DNA of 64,000 nucleotides from Arenicellales bacterium (GTDB taxonomy: Bacteria; Pseudomonadota; Gammaproteobacteria; Arenicellales; JAHEKD01). A program made the position numbers and the translations under genes. Position 1 is the first letter of the stretch. Every line of letters begins with the position of its first letter. This document shows positions 37,501-45,058 of this stretch, one piece after another. The notes beneath the pieces were generated by a model. The model was not told where the DNA came from and did not search any database. It was given only the letters and a program-made list of their open reading frames with translations. The stretch spans positions 3,509,901-3,573,900 of the forward strand of contig OZ242007.1 in NCBI GenBank assembly GCA_965204695.1, in the 5' to 3' direction.

Positions 37501-40045
37501 TCGGATCATATCCTGAAATCGGACGATGCCAACGAAATCGATCAAGCTCTTCGACAATGGATACATCGAGAGTGCCGTTTTCAAGGGCTTGTCCTTCTGA
37601 GTTGAGGTAAACAAAATTAAAAGAAACCTCTTCAATGGAATCAGCGTCGGATTTAAACTGCACACCAATCCAGTTGCGCTCAGGCCGAACTGGTAGTGAA
37701 TAGGCTCCTTTTATTTTTGTGGCATTTTCATTTAAATAAGCGCCTTGGACACGGCTGCCATCATGGTCAATCAAAGTGGCTTCTATTAATGCCTCTAAAG
37801 GTTGGGTGGTATCAGGGATATTGGGTTTTGCTAGAATTAGTGTTGCTTTGCCTTGATCGTTCGTTCTTGGAATCCGGTATACCTGGCGTAAGGAAGTAAA
37901 AGATTCATCTTCTAATCCGAATTTATAATCGGCATAGTCAGGAAAAGGTACACTGGTCTTTTGAAGCTTTACTGATGCTTCTCCATGCACGTTAGCTGCA
38001 GGCGCACCGTATAAATAATTACCTTCTATTTCGATCACTGAATCCTGAGAGGGTCTTAGGGCTTCTCCTTCAGCAGTCGAAATGGTCATTTCCATTCGGT
38101 CAGGTACAAAATCCTTGACCTGAATCTTATGTCGACCTATGGGCTTGCTGCCGCCTGCAGTACGAACCTGTACCTCCCAGGTGCCGCTCTGGGCAATATT
38201 TGGAATAGATAAACGCGCTTCACGGGCACCCGCGAATGACTGATCTACACGGGCAGCATTAATCCGATTCCCGCCGGGTGCATGCAAAGAGATTGTAGCC
38301 GGCAATTGATCAATATGATGATCAAAATTACCATGGCGATCACGCATTAAGGCAACCACATTAATATCCTCACCAGGACGATATAATTCACGTTCAGAGT
38401 ACACAAAGGCCCTTACGGGGTCTTTAATATTAAATCCACTTATATCATGATCAGAGATATCTAATTTATGCCGGGACATGTCGATAAAGGTGAAATCCCG
38501 GGTTGAATCATGAGAATAAATCGCTTGCAGGGCATTGCCTTGAACACCGTAGGCTAAGCGAGGATTAAATTTCGCTTTGCCTTCCCTATCGGTTGTTGCC
38601 TGAGCAAGTACTCGGTTATTTTTAGCGACCAGTTGAATCAATAAATCTGCTTTCGGTTTGCCTGAGGATAAACTTTGTGCGGTGACCAAAAAAGCATCTT
38701 CTGATAAGTATGCGGTTAATCCAATATCAGTAGAGACCAACCATTGTGTTGTGAATATATCGTCATAACTCAATTCATCAAGTTCAGGTAACTCACTGAG
38801 GTCTTCACCATCACGGGCGACAAGCAAATAGACACCATTATCCAAATCTGCTTCAGGCAAATTTGAGGTCAATCCATTAATGATAGGCTGTTGTTCATTA
38901 GATGGGTTTTGGTCTTTTTTTCTGTTTTGATGAATTTCCAACAAGTTTTTTATAGGAACTGCGGTCAGTACTTCGTTATTAGTATTGTTTTCGATGTCAA
39001 TATAGCCTTGCCAAATAGATTCACCTTGGGTCAAAACTAAAGAATCGATGTCTGATCTTGAAAGTCGATAGCTAAAATTATCGGACAGAATCTGTCCGAT
39101 AAGATTACGATCAGTAATTCGCAACAGATCTAAAGCAACTCTTTTAAGGTTAACCGTCGATAATGGTATGTTACCATGACCGAATTTTGGCAGTATTAAG
39201 GTATTTCGTTGAAAAGAGATTGCTTTGTTACGGTCGTCTAGCGTTAGTGGATGTTGTTCTGATTGTTCTAACCTTAATCCACTTTTTGATGGTAATCCGG
39301 CAGAATAAGATATTTCATAAGTTTTACCGTGTTCAATACCGCCAAAACAAAGCTTTTTGCCTTCAATATGGATATCAAATTCAATCGGCGGATTTACAGT
39401 AACAAATTTTTTATAGCTGTTTGGATTGTCTTGATCTAATTGGTCTGAGAAATGAGCACAAATTTCGGGAGCCTTATCATCCACTATGACTTCGGGGCCA
39501 CGTCTTAAGGAGAATCTTTTGCTGTTTCTTTGGGATGCTTGCTCCAATTGTTGTAATTTATTATTTAAGCTGTCACTACTGACAAGCTCAAGTACCTGAC
39601 GATAAAACTCAAGTGCGGCTTTATGATTTCTCTGGTTATGGAAGTGAGTTGCGATAACAAGCAAAGCCTCAGCTCTTGATTCGTCATCAACGCCAAAACT
39701 ATAAGCATTATAAGCTGAGGCGGGTAATTCAATGGCAGCGGGGTCATACTCAATCCAAGCCTCGGCCAGTTTCATCCAAGAGATAAAGTCATTGGTTTTA
39801 ATTGAAAGGATATTTTCAAGTAAACGAATCGCTTTTTTCCAATCGGATTGTTCACGAGCCAGTTTGACGTTTTTGTATAAATCTCTCAGGGCAACGGAAG
39901 AAACACTTCGATCATTCTCAATTTTATTTTTATAATTCTCAGCTTCAATTTCTATTCTTGTTATTTCATTGGCACAAAGCGTTTGATAAGGCAAGATGCC
40001 AACTGTTAATATTACTAAAAATAACTTGATAAATTGTATTCTCAT
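34598..40045 (-). CDS. Bacterial alpha-2-macroglobulin family protein with no CxEQ thioester motif
   Basis: 1815 aa with a signal sequence ending ...QTLC, an N-terminal TPR-like helical region, a long run of MG-type beta-sandwich domains and a TED-like helical region (LLLQNQDGGFS...ELWLSAYALDLL). The protein has only 5 Cys, none in a CxEQ context. Confidence 0.8.
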   Translation of the reverse strand: MRIQFIKLFLVILTVGILPYQTLCANEITRIEIEAENYKNKIENDRSVSSVALRDLYKNVKLAREQSDWKKAIRLLENILSIKTNDFISWMKLAEAWIEYDPAAIELPASAYNAYSFGVDDESRAEALLVIATHFHNQRNHKAALEFYRQVLELVSSDSLNNKLQQLEQASQRNSKRFSLRRGPEVIVDDKAPEICAHFSDQLDQDNPNSYKKFVTVNPPIEFDIHIEGKKLCFGGIEHGKTYEISYSAGLPSKSGLRLEQSEQHPLTLDDRNKAISFQRNTLILPKFGHGNIPLSTVNLKRVALDLLRITDRNLIGQILSDNFSYRLSRSDIDSLVLTQGESIWQGYIDIENNTNNEVLTAVPIKNLLEIHQNRKKDQNPSNEQQPIINGLTSNLPEADLDNGVYLLVARDGEDLSELPELDELSYDDIFTTQWLVSTDIGLTAYLSEDAFLVTAQSLSSGKPKADLLIQLVAKNNRVLAQATTDREGKAKFNPRLAYGVQGNALQAIYSHDSTRDFTFIDMSRHKLDISDHDISGFNIKDPVRAFVYSERELYRPGEDINVVALMRDRHGNFDHHIDQLPATISLHAPGGNRINAARVDQSFAGAREARLSIPNIAQSGTWEVQVRTAGGSKPIGRHKIQVKDFVPDRMEMTISTAEGEALRPSQDSVIEIEGNYLYGAPAANVHGEASVKLQKTSVPFPDYADYKFGLEDESFTSLRQVYRIPRTNDQGKATLILAKPNIPDTTQPLEALIEATLIDHDGSRVQGAYLNENATKIKGAYSLPVRPERNWIGVQFKSDADSIEEVSFNFVYLNSEGQALENGTLDVSIVEELDRFRWHRPISGYDPNWSYRHSITDKLIEKKTIHINDISDSTFTTTLGFGRYRIDISDGDKAATSHRFKVGWSNLRQSVNRPEALKILLSEPNYRTGNSAKISFKSPFDGYASVIIASDEIYKVDTNYPVSKGDDNEYDFQIDDGWNSSVYALLSLYRSSENGQPQASGMPERLFGTSHFSVDKSRLDMPLEIDVEEVITPGAIEVILNTSPPSGAETFATISLVDDGIHALTSYKDPDPIDFFLGKKQLNVDIFDNYNQIIHDSGRIRNLRSGAGLYGQLEGLGYRSKELVSEYSRILRIGEDGKASHTFFVPYGFSGRVRVNAIAWSASKIATAVKPIKIRTPVIADLGLPRFLSVGDETNVLLRLKRIKNNLGTYTATLSSNDDLEILEKNSIRLTEDKDSVYIFTTIKAKRFGEGEIKLSVKSDDDAELDFLQTHKITIRPPYPAITKRLVKKIKQNDDTNLSEEVYETGLQKDLIDHSISYSARFSLQALLPGLPLDELPKNSVPTADSLTTHANLLLTHPNNGIVNTENNELSTNFSRTIAELLLLQNQDGGFSQTVINESYGGTESELWLSAYALDLLFRANHRVSANMIPNNTLQNGIDFLRRELNRVLKNEVEDCPNPQWRSYALFVLSRENQLARHELERYYENCIDQSSNALSNAFTASALAAFGGFSEEVKILFNKAIESVPINKLSEENENRDSELRILSMILALALEARLENKLISSVRNLDFNNVDNLDETTLGWFSRANAALLQENEKSRQLRVEINDDLQPVREDGLLSINSISADIFRQNYTVANYSKSDITAELFMRGIPKSWPGRQNQGFEIYQHYYDLNGDQIDIDSEQINQRELITIVVEGIVNHNKSGDAIVSLLLPAGLQIEDIFMEQSQIRLAGLQQVFEKTHPQTWAEIKYRHQSNDRFVAVLNINEQTRRFKIAFLTRALNAGKYIVPPVTIEQLTAPEFKGSSEPKQMTITLPE

Positions 40046-40107
40046 CGAGTCTATGTTGTTTTGAGTATTCGCTCATTGAGAGATTTTAGTAATTAAAAAT
40101 ATAGCAC

Positions 40108-40126
40108 TTGTAAAATAGATTTACAA
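40108..40126. promoter_or_regulatory. Palindrome TTGTAAA-N5-TTTACAA in the divergent A2M/TIR promoter region
   Basis: Perfect 7-bp arms at 40108-40114 and 40120-40126, about 20 nt upstream of the TIR gene ATG. Confidence 0.3.
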
Positions 40127-40146
40127 TTTTTAGCCAAACTTTTTAA

Positions 40147-41247
40147 ATGGATAGTTCAAAATATATCGCATTCATCAGTTATGACAGAGATGTGAATTTC
40201 AATGGGGCAGTAACACGATTTTCTAAGTCCTTGGAAAATGAACTGGAAACCAGGTTGGCTCCTCCATATTCAGTGTTCCAAGATCTCGAAGGCTTGGGAT
40301 GGGGTGATAATTGGTGGGAAAAAGTTAAATCTGAACTCGAACATATTACATTTTTTATTCCTGTTATTACCCCAACTTTTTTTCGCAGTAAAAATTGTAG
40401 AAAGGAAATCAATGCCTTTATAGACATTGAAGCACAGCATAATGATAACAGTCGAAAAATACTGCCAGTGTTATTCATAGAAACCTTTGATTCGTCTGAA
40501 TTCGCTGACGATGATTTGGTACAGGCAATAAGAGAGCTTAATTATATTGATTGGACTGAACTGCGTTTCAAAGATGAAAGCGATTCGTTGTTTCAAAAGG
40601 AAGTTTCTGAAGCTGCTGCAAAAATTGAGAAATTTGTAATTAAAACCCGGCACGATAGCGACACTAAAAAAGCCACTGCGGAAGACAAAGTTGAAGTTAG
40701 TAATAACAAAGCTAGTGATGAGGGAAATGAAGAAACAGAAGAGCAAACAACCAAAATTGAACAGCAAGACTTAGCTGAAATCAAAAAGAAAACAAGAATT
40801 TGGTCTGGATTGTTGGCCACGTTTGTTGCCTGTCTGGGTGGATACTATTTTTACTGCCAGCAATCAAACTGCAGTAGCTTTTGTTTTTTATGTGCAGAAA
40901 AAGTCCCGAGTCCTGGGCCTTTATTAGTGGGGCCAGATGTTGTACCGCCAAAGCCAAAAGAAGAAATAATTGGTGCAGCTAGTTCACCTGAGCCAGTTGA
41001 ACAAATTGCTGAGCTAAAACCACCTGAGCGAGTTGAACAAATAGTAGGTGGTGTAATTATGTTACAAGCTACCACCTCATACAAAAGCAATAGTGAAGAC
41101 TCGGGAAAAAGAGAAAGACTTAATAAGAATCAACATGTTGTGGATGTTTGGTCAACAGAGGACGAAAAGTGGATAGCCTACAAGACAGAAAACGGAGACT
41201 ACGGGTATTTCTTGAGAAGTAAAGCAAAAATATCAAATGACCAGTAA
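40147..41247 (+). CDS. Membrane-anchored TIR-domain protein (TIR, acidic linker, one TM helix, Pro-rich linker, SH3b-like C-terminal domain)
   Basis: 366 aa. TIR_2-type N-terminus: YIAFISYDRD...ITFFIPVITPTFFRSKNCRKEINAF (the conserved S-x-x-C-x-x-E block). TM helix IWSGLLATFVACLGGYYFY. The C-terminal ~70 aa look like a bacterial SH3 domain. Confidence 0.7.
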   Translation: MDSSKYIAFISYDRDVNFNGAVTRFSKSLENELETRLAPPYSVFQDLEGLGWGDNWWEKVKSELEHITFFIPVITPTFFRSKNCRKEINAFIDIEAQHNDNSRKILPVLFIETFDSSEFADDDLVQAIRELNYIDWTELRFKDESDSLFQKEVSEAAAKIEKFVIKTRHDSDTKKATAEDKVEVSNNKASDEGNEETEEQTTKIEQQDLAEIKKKTRIWSGLLATFVACLGGYYFYCQQSNCSSFCFLCAEKVPSPGPLLVGPDVVPPKPKEEIIGAASSPEPVEQIAELKPPERVEQIVGGVIMLQATTSYKSNSEDSGKRERLNKNQHVVDVWSTEDEKWIAYKTENGDYGYFLRSKAKISNDQ

Positions 41248-41799
41248 CTCTATGAGGTGATTAAACAAAAAATGAAAACACAATACCATCCCAGAGGATT
41301 TAAAATATAACATTACTGCTGACTGTGAAGTGAAAGTGTTTTATGTTGTCGATTCGATTAGACAGTAAAGATGTTTTTCTTTTTATTAATTATCAAACCC
41401 TTTTAGATTTAATGCTTATTTAGATAACAAAGTAAAAAAATTCGATTCATTTGAGCGGACTGATTTTTGTTTGCTCTAAAGCAGGTAAAAAGTTAAGTCG
41501 TCAATTTATAGTTAGTAGCATTATTACTGTGATGCGGCAGGATGTTTTTGACCATAGCATTGGTTTTTCTACTCCGTATTGGAAATCTAAGGGCGGACTG
41601 TATTCAGCTATGCCTAGAGATGTTTTTATTGATTAATGATCAATGCGGGGTTCTCACCCTATCCACGGGAGTTGGCACTATGAATTCGGTACTATTGTTG
41701 CGGCAAACTTTACTAACAAAAAAGTGGCAATATATGGCCCTAAAGTCCCTTGGAAAAAATCTACATTAGAAAGTTGATGTCATCTTAAGTGGCCAAATA

Positions 41800-42544
41800 A
41801 TGGACAATAAAAGAATTTTAATAACAGGGGGTGCTTCAGGAATTGGACTTGAAATTGCTAAATTGTTTTACAAAAATCATGCTCAAATAGCTATAGTTGA
41901 TTATGATCAAGTTGCATTGCACGAGGCATCTAAATTCTTCTCTGAAACAGACCTGATGATACATGGTGACATTAATGATACTGTTTCGGTGCGAAAAATA
42001 TTTAATGAAATAGATTTACATTGGAGTGGAATAGACGTATTGGTTAACAATGCCGGTATTAGTATACCTGCTCCATTTGAAGAAATTAAATTAGAAAACT
42101 GGACTAAGGTTTTATCTATTAATTTGACAGGAAACTTTTTAATCTCTCAGCAAGCAACAAAAAGAATGCACGAGCAAGAGTCTGGAATAATTATCAACAT
42201 TGGTTCGGTGAGTGGTAATGGTAGGGATGCCAAATTATTTAGCATATAACTGTAGCAAAGCAGCAGTTATAGAACTTACCAAATCGTTATCTCTTGAGTT
42301 AGCTCCTCTTATCCGCGTTAATTGTATTTGTCCTGGATATATTATGACTCCAATGCAAAAATGGGAGTACAATGACGCTCAGCTTGACAACTTGGCTGCA
42401 AAAGTTCCACTTCAAAAATTGGGACAATCAGAAGATGTGGCATCGCTTGCGTATTTTCTAACTAGTAAGGAAGCTAAATTTATTACAGGGTCGTGTTTTG
42501 TGGTTGATGGAGGGGAAATAGCCGGCGGATTAGCAAGTAAATAA
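41800..42544 (+). pseudogene. Short-chain dehydrogenase/reductase (FabG-like), frameshifted near 42210-42217
   Basis: The two track ORFs (41800-42249 and 42212-42544) join into one SDR: TGGASGIGLE...NNAGI...IGSVS | VMVGMPNYLAYNCSKAAV. Deleting one base restores the canonical Ser-13-Tyr spacing. Confidence 0.8.
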
Positions 42545-42779
42545 CCAAAATAATTCAGGAATATATATATCACTTGCAGTTATTTGTAAATCAAGATTAT
42601 TTAATAACTTTAATCCAATCGCCTGTGTACCGATTCCACAAGCATAGTCAAGCACGTTGCTGGATTGAATATTTTCTTTTATGCGAAAATTATCTAAAAG
42701 ATCAGAGATGATTTGACCCTGTTCAATTACCTCCTTATCCCAATTATCGAATGTTAAGTAATAGAATTTTGATAAATTT
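42530..42779 (-). pseudogene. Class-I SAM-dependent methyltransferase fragment, truncated at both ends
   Basis: Minus-strand translation reads ...YYLTFDNWDKEVIEQGQIISDLLDNFRIKENIQSSNVLDYACGIGTQAIGLKLLNNLDLQITASDI..., which includes motif I (VLDYACGIG). The N-terminus is cut by the IS left end. The frame stops inside the SDR 3' end. Confidence 0.5.
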
Positions 42780-42854
42780 TGACCTAGCCCCAGAAAGTTG
42801 ATCCAGTTGATGAGATAGGATTTGGTTTACTATTTAGCTTAAAGGAGTCAATTT

Positions 42855-43136
42855 ATGCCTAAAGGTAAACGCGTTCCAACCGAGACCATAATCAAAACAC
42901 TGCGTGAAGTGGAAATTCATCACGCCCAAGGTCACACCATTGCCGAGAGTTGCCGTCAGTGCGGTATTACCGAACAAACCTACTACCGCTGGCGTAAGCA
43001 GTACGGTGGTATGCAAGTGAACCAGGTTCGTCAAATGAAGGATCTGGAAAAGGAGAATGCACGTCTTCGCAAAGCGGTGTCTGATTTAACGTTGGATAAA
43101 TTAATCCTAGAGGAAGCGTTGTCGGGAAAGTATTAA
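42855..43136 (+). CDS. IS3-family transposase OrfA (copy 2)
   Basis: Protein is identical to the 1402-1683 product. Confidence 0.9.
   Translation: MPKGKRVPTETIIKTLREVEIHHAQGHTIAESCRQCGITEQTYYRWRKQYGGMQVNQVRQMKDLEKENARLRKAVSDLTLDKLILEEALSGKY
43124..43130 (+). promoter_or_regulatory. Putative -1 frameshift heptamer G GGA AAG (copy 2)
   Basis: Same sequence context as 1671-1677. Confidence 0.7.
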
Positions 43137-43294
43137 GCCCGGAGCGTCGCCGTTTATGTGTTGATCATGTTCGTGAGCAGCTTTGTGTATCTGAACGCAG
43201 AGCCTGTCAAGTAATTGGTCAACCGCGTTCCACCCAACGTTATCAGCGTATTGTCAAAGACGATGAAGCGGCACTGACAGCGGATATCATTCAA

Positions 43295-44017
43295 TTGGCG
43301 AGTGAGTTTGGCCGTTATGGGTATCGCCGTATTACTGCACTGTTAAAACTGTATCTGGGTTGGTGTGTAAATCATAAACGTGTAGAACGTATCTGGCGAC
43401 GTGAGGGGCTAAAAGTACCGAGTAAACAACCCAAACGAGGTCGACTATGGCTCAATGATGGCTCGTGTGTTCGATTAAGACCGAGTTGGAAGAATCATGT
43501 CTGGGCCTATGACTTCGTTCAAGATCTTACGGATGATGGTCGTGCTTATCGACTGTTAACCATCATTGATGAATATACCCGAGAATGTCTGGCGATTATT
43601 ACTGAGAGACGTCTGAACAGTGCTAGTGTACTCAACGCTCTAGAACAGTTATTCATGGCACGTGGTATTCCTGATCATATTCGCTCCGATAATGGGTCCG
43701 AATTCACGGCCAGGGCTGTACGTGAATGGTTAACCAAAATGAAAGTTAAAACGTTATTTATTGAACCCGGTTCTCCCTGGGAGAACGGTTACAATGAAAG
43801 TTTCAATGGCAAGCTACGTGATGAACTGTTGGATCGTGAAGTGCTTTATACATTGACTGAAGCACAAGTGCTGGTTGAGCGATGGCGGGTCTATTACAAC
43901 ACAATTCGACCACACTCATCGCTAGGTTATCGACCACCAGCCCCGCAGACGATCTTGCCAAACCCTTCAAGAATTGCTTACACTACGTTCCAACCCTTCT
44001 TGAAGGGAAACCTGTAA
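43295..44017 (+). CDS. IS3-family transposase OrfB (copy 2, 13 aa shorter at the C-terminus)
   Basis: Identical to the copy 1 protein except for RVHYN to RVYYN and an earlier stop caused by the 1-nt insertion (aaactgtaa to aaacctgtaa). Confidence 0.9.
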   Translation: MASEFGRYGYRRITALLKLYLGWCVNHKRVERIWRREGLKVPSKQPKRGRLWLNDGSCVRLRPSWKNHVWAYDFVQDLTDDGRAYRLLTIIDEYTRECLAIITERRLNSASVLNALEQLFMARGIPDHIRSDNGSEFTARAVREWLTKMKVKTLFIEPGSPWENGYNESFNGKLRDELLDREVLYTLTEAQVLVERWRVYYNTIRPHSSLGYRPPAPQTILPNPSRIAYTTFQPFLKGNL

Positions 44018-44019
44018 CC

Positions 44020-44733
44020 CTAACCAGAGACTAACTTAATAAACTGGTACCAACTTAAGGGGCAGATCAGTAAAGAATATCCAGAGTTTCTACTGGTGTG
44101 TATCAGTTGGACGTCGAACGGTTTGTCTACTTTGGCGCGTAGTCGACTAATATGGGTTTCTACGACTGTCGATTTTGGGTCAAAATTCAAATCCCAAACT
44201 TGTTCGAGTAACATGGTTTTAGTCACAATCCGGCCGCTGTTACGCATCAAAATTTCTAGCAATGAGAACTCTTTGGCTTGCAGCTCTATCTCGGTTCCAG
44301 AGCGGGAGGCAGTTCGTGTGAGAAGATCCAGTTCAAGGTCTTCCACCATAAGTTTAGTGACTTCCTCTGATTGCTGCGGGCGTCTGGATAAAGCAATTAT
44401 TCTTGCCATCAGCTCAGAGAATTGAAACGGCTTAGTTAAATAATCATCACCACCGGCTAACAATCCTTCGACACGATCATCGACATCTGCCATGGCTGTT
44501 AAAAAAATAATTGGTATGGAATTGTCTGCTGCGCGCAATGCTTTAAGCACGGCTAGACCATCCAAACCTGGCATCATTCGGTCAAGCACGGCTATATCAT
44601 AATGATTGTAGATTAGGTGGTTTAGTGCATCACGGCCATCATCGACGCAGTCCACAATGTGACCATTCTCAATCAGTCCTTTACGAATATAGTCAGACGT
44701 CGTTTTATCGTCTTCGGCTACTAGAATTTTCAT
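44020..44733 (-). CDS. OmpR-family response regulator whose last 15 codons and stop lie inside the IS
   Basis: The receiver domain reads MKILVAEDD...VLDRMMPGLDG...LTKPF. The winged-helix output domain runs ...VETHISRLRAKVD...IHTSRNSGYSLL and then continues as ICPLSWYQFIKLVSG, encoded by the IS right end (44020-44069). Confidence 0.85.
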   Translation of the reverse strand: MKILVAEDDKTTSDYIRKGLIENGHIVDCVDDGRDALNHLIYNHYDIAVLDRMMPGLDGLAVLKALRAADNSIPIIFLTAMADVDDRVEGLLAGGDDYLTKPFQFSELMARIIALSRRPQQSEEVTKLMVEDLELDLLTRTASRSGTEIELQAKEFSLLEILMRNSGRIVTKTMLLEQVWDLNFDPKSTVVETHISRLRAKVDKPFDVQLIHTSRNSGYSLLICPLSWYQFIKLVSG

Positions 44734-45000
44734 TTTATCTTCGGTTCAAAGTCTGAATCTTTTATCTGATATAAGGTTACTATCGTATCTCGCTAGCGTA
44801 TATAAAAAGATGATTCGGTTTATTTATAGTTTTAACGCAATATCCAAGGTTTCCAAGTTCATTAAACTGCATCATTTATATGCCCGGGAGGGTACGAAAT
44901 GACAATAACTGTTTCAGTAAGATTAAACCTTATGAACTAGTTTCAGCTTGCCGTATGATTTTGAGATTTGATCAAGCTTACTGTCAAGCATGACGTTGCA

Positions 45001-45037
45001 ATAAAAACCCGGCTTGAGGTAAATCCTGCAAGCCGGG
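45001..45037 (-). terminator. Rho-independent terminator downstream of the DegP-like gene (bidirectional shape)
   Basis: cccggcttg (45008-45016) pairs with caagccggg (45029-45037). T-runs sit on both strands (tttttat on minus, ttttc on plus), 20 nt after the stop. Confidence 0.7.
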
Positions 45038-45058
45038 TTTTCGAGGTGAATGATAGAC

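Larger units (their letters stand above)
42780..44069 (+). mobile_element. IS3-family insertion sequence (IS407-group-like), copy 2, same orientation as copy 1
   Basis: Same ends and ORFs as copy 1. The differences are confined to the last ~160 bp: a His-to-Tyr codon change, gccc to accc, a 1-nt insertion that shortens OrfB to 240 aa, cccgaacc to ccctaacc, and ttctaaa to ttaataaa. Confidence 0.9.

Noticed and set aside
35283-39935. Multiple 60-100-aa ORFs on both strands within 34598-40045
   Set aside because: They are embedded in the continuous 1815-aa A2M frame. They are short, low-complexity and have no RBS.
34598-40045. Search for a CxEQ thioester in the A2M, and for a canonical lipobox
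   Set aside because: No CxEQ exists in the translation, which is reported as a finding rather than assumed present. The N-terminal ...YQTLC is not a canonical L-(A/S)-(G/A)-C lipobox, so I do not assert lipoprotein status.
40179-41090. Minus-strand and alternative-frame ORFs overlapping the TIR gene
   Set aside because: They are antisense or out-of-frame shadows of the 366-aa TIR-TM-SH3b ORF.
41451-41769. Two overlapping plus-strand ORFs (61 and 75 aa) upstream of the SDR gene
   Set aside because: No RBS, no motif, and the two overlap each other in different frames. I treat the region as non-coding or decayed DNA.
1327-44069. Reading the two IS copies plus the intervening 40 kb as a composite transposon
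   Set aside because: The outer flanks do not match: TGAT lies left of copy 1 and GTAA lies right of copy 2. Copy 1 appears to have its own local duplication. The cargo is ordinary chromosomal catabolic and envelope genes. Independent insertions with a later rearrangement at copy 2 fit better. The region is still deletion-prone.
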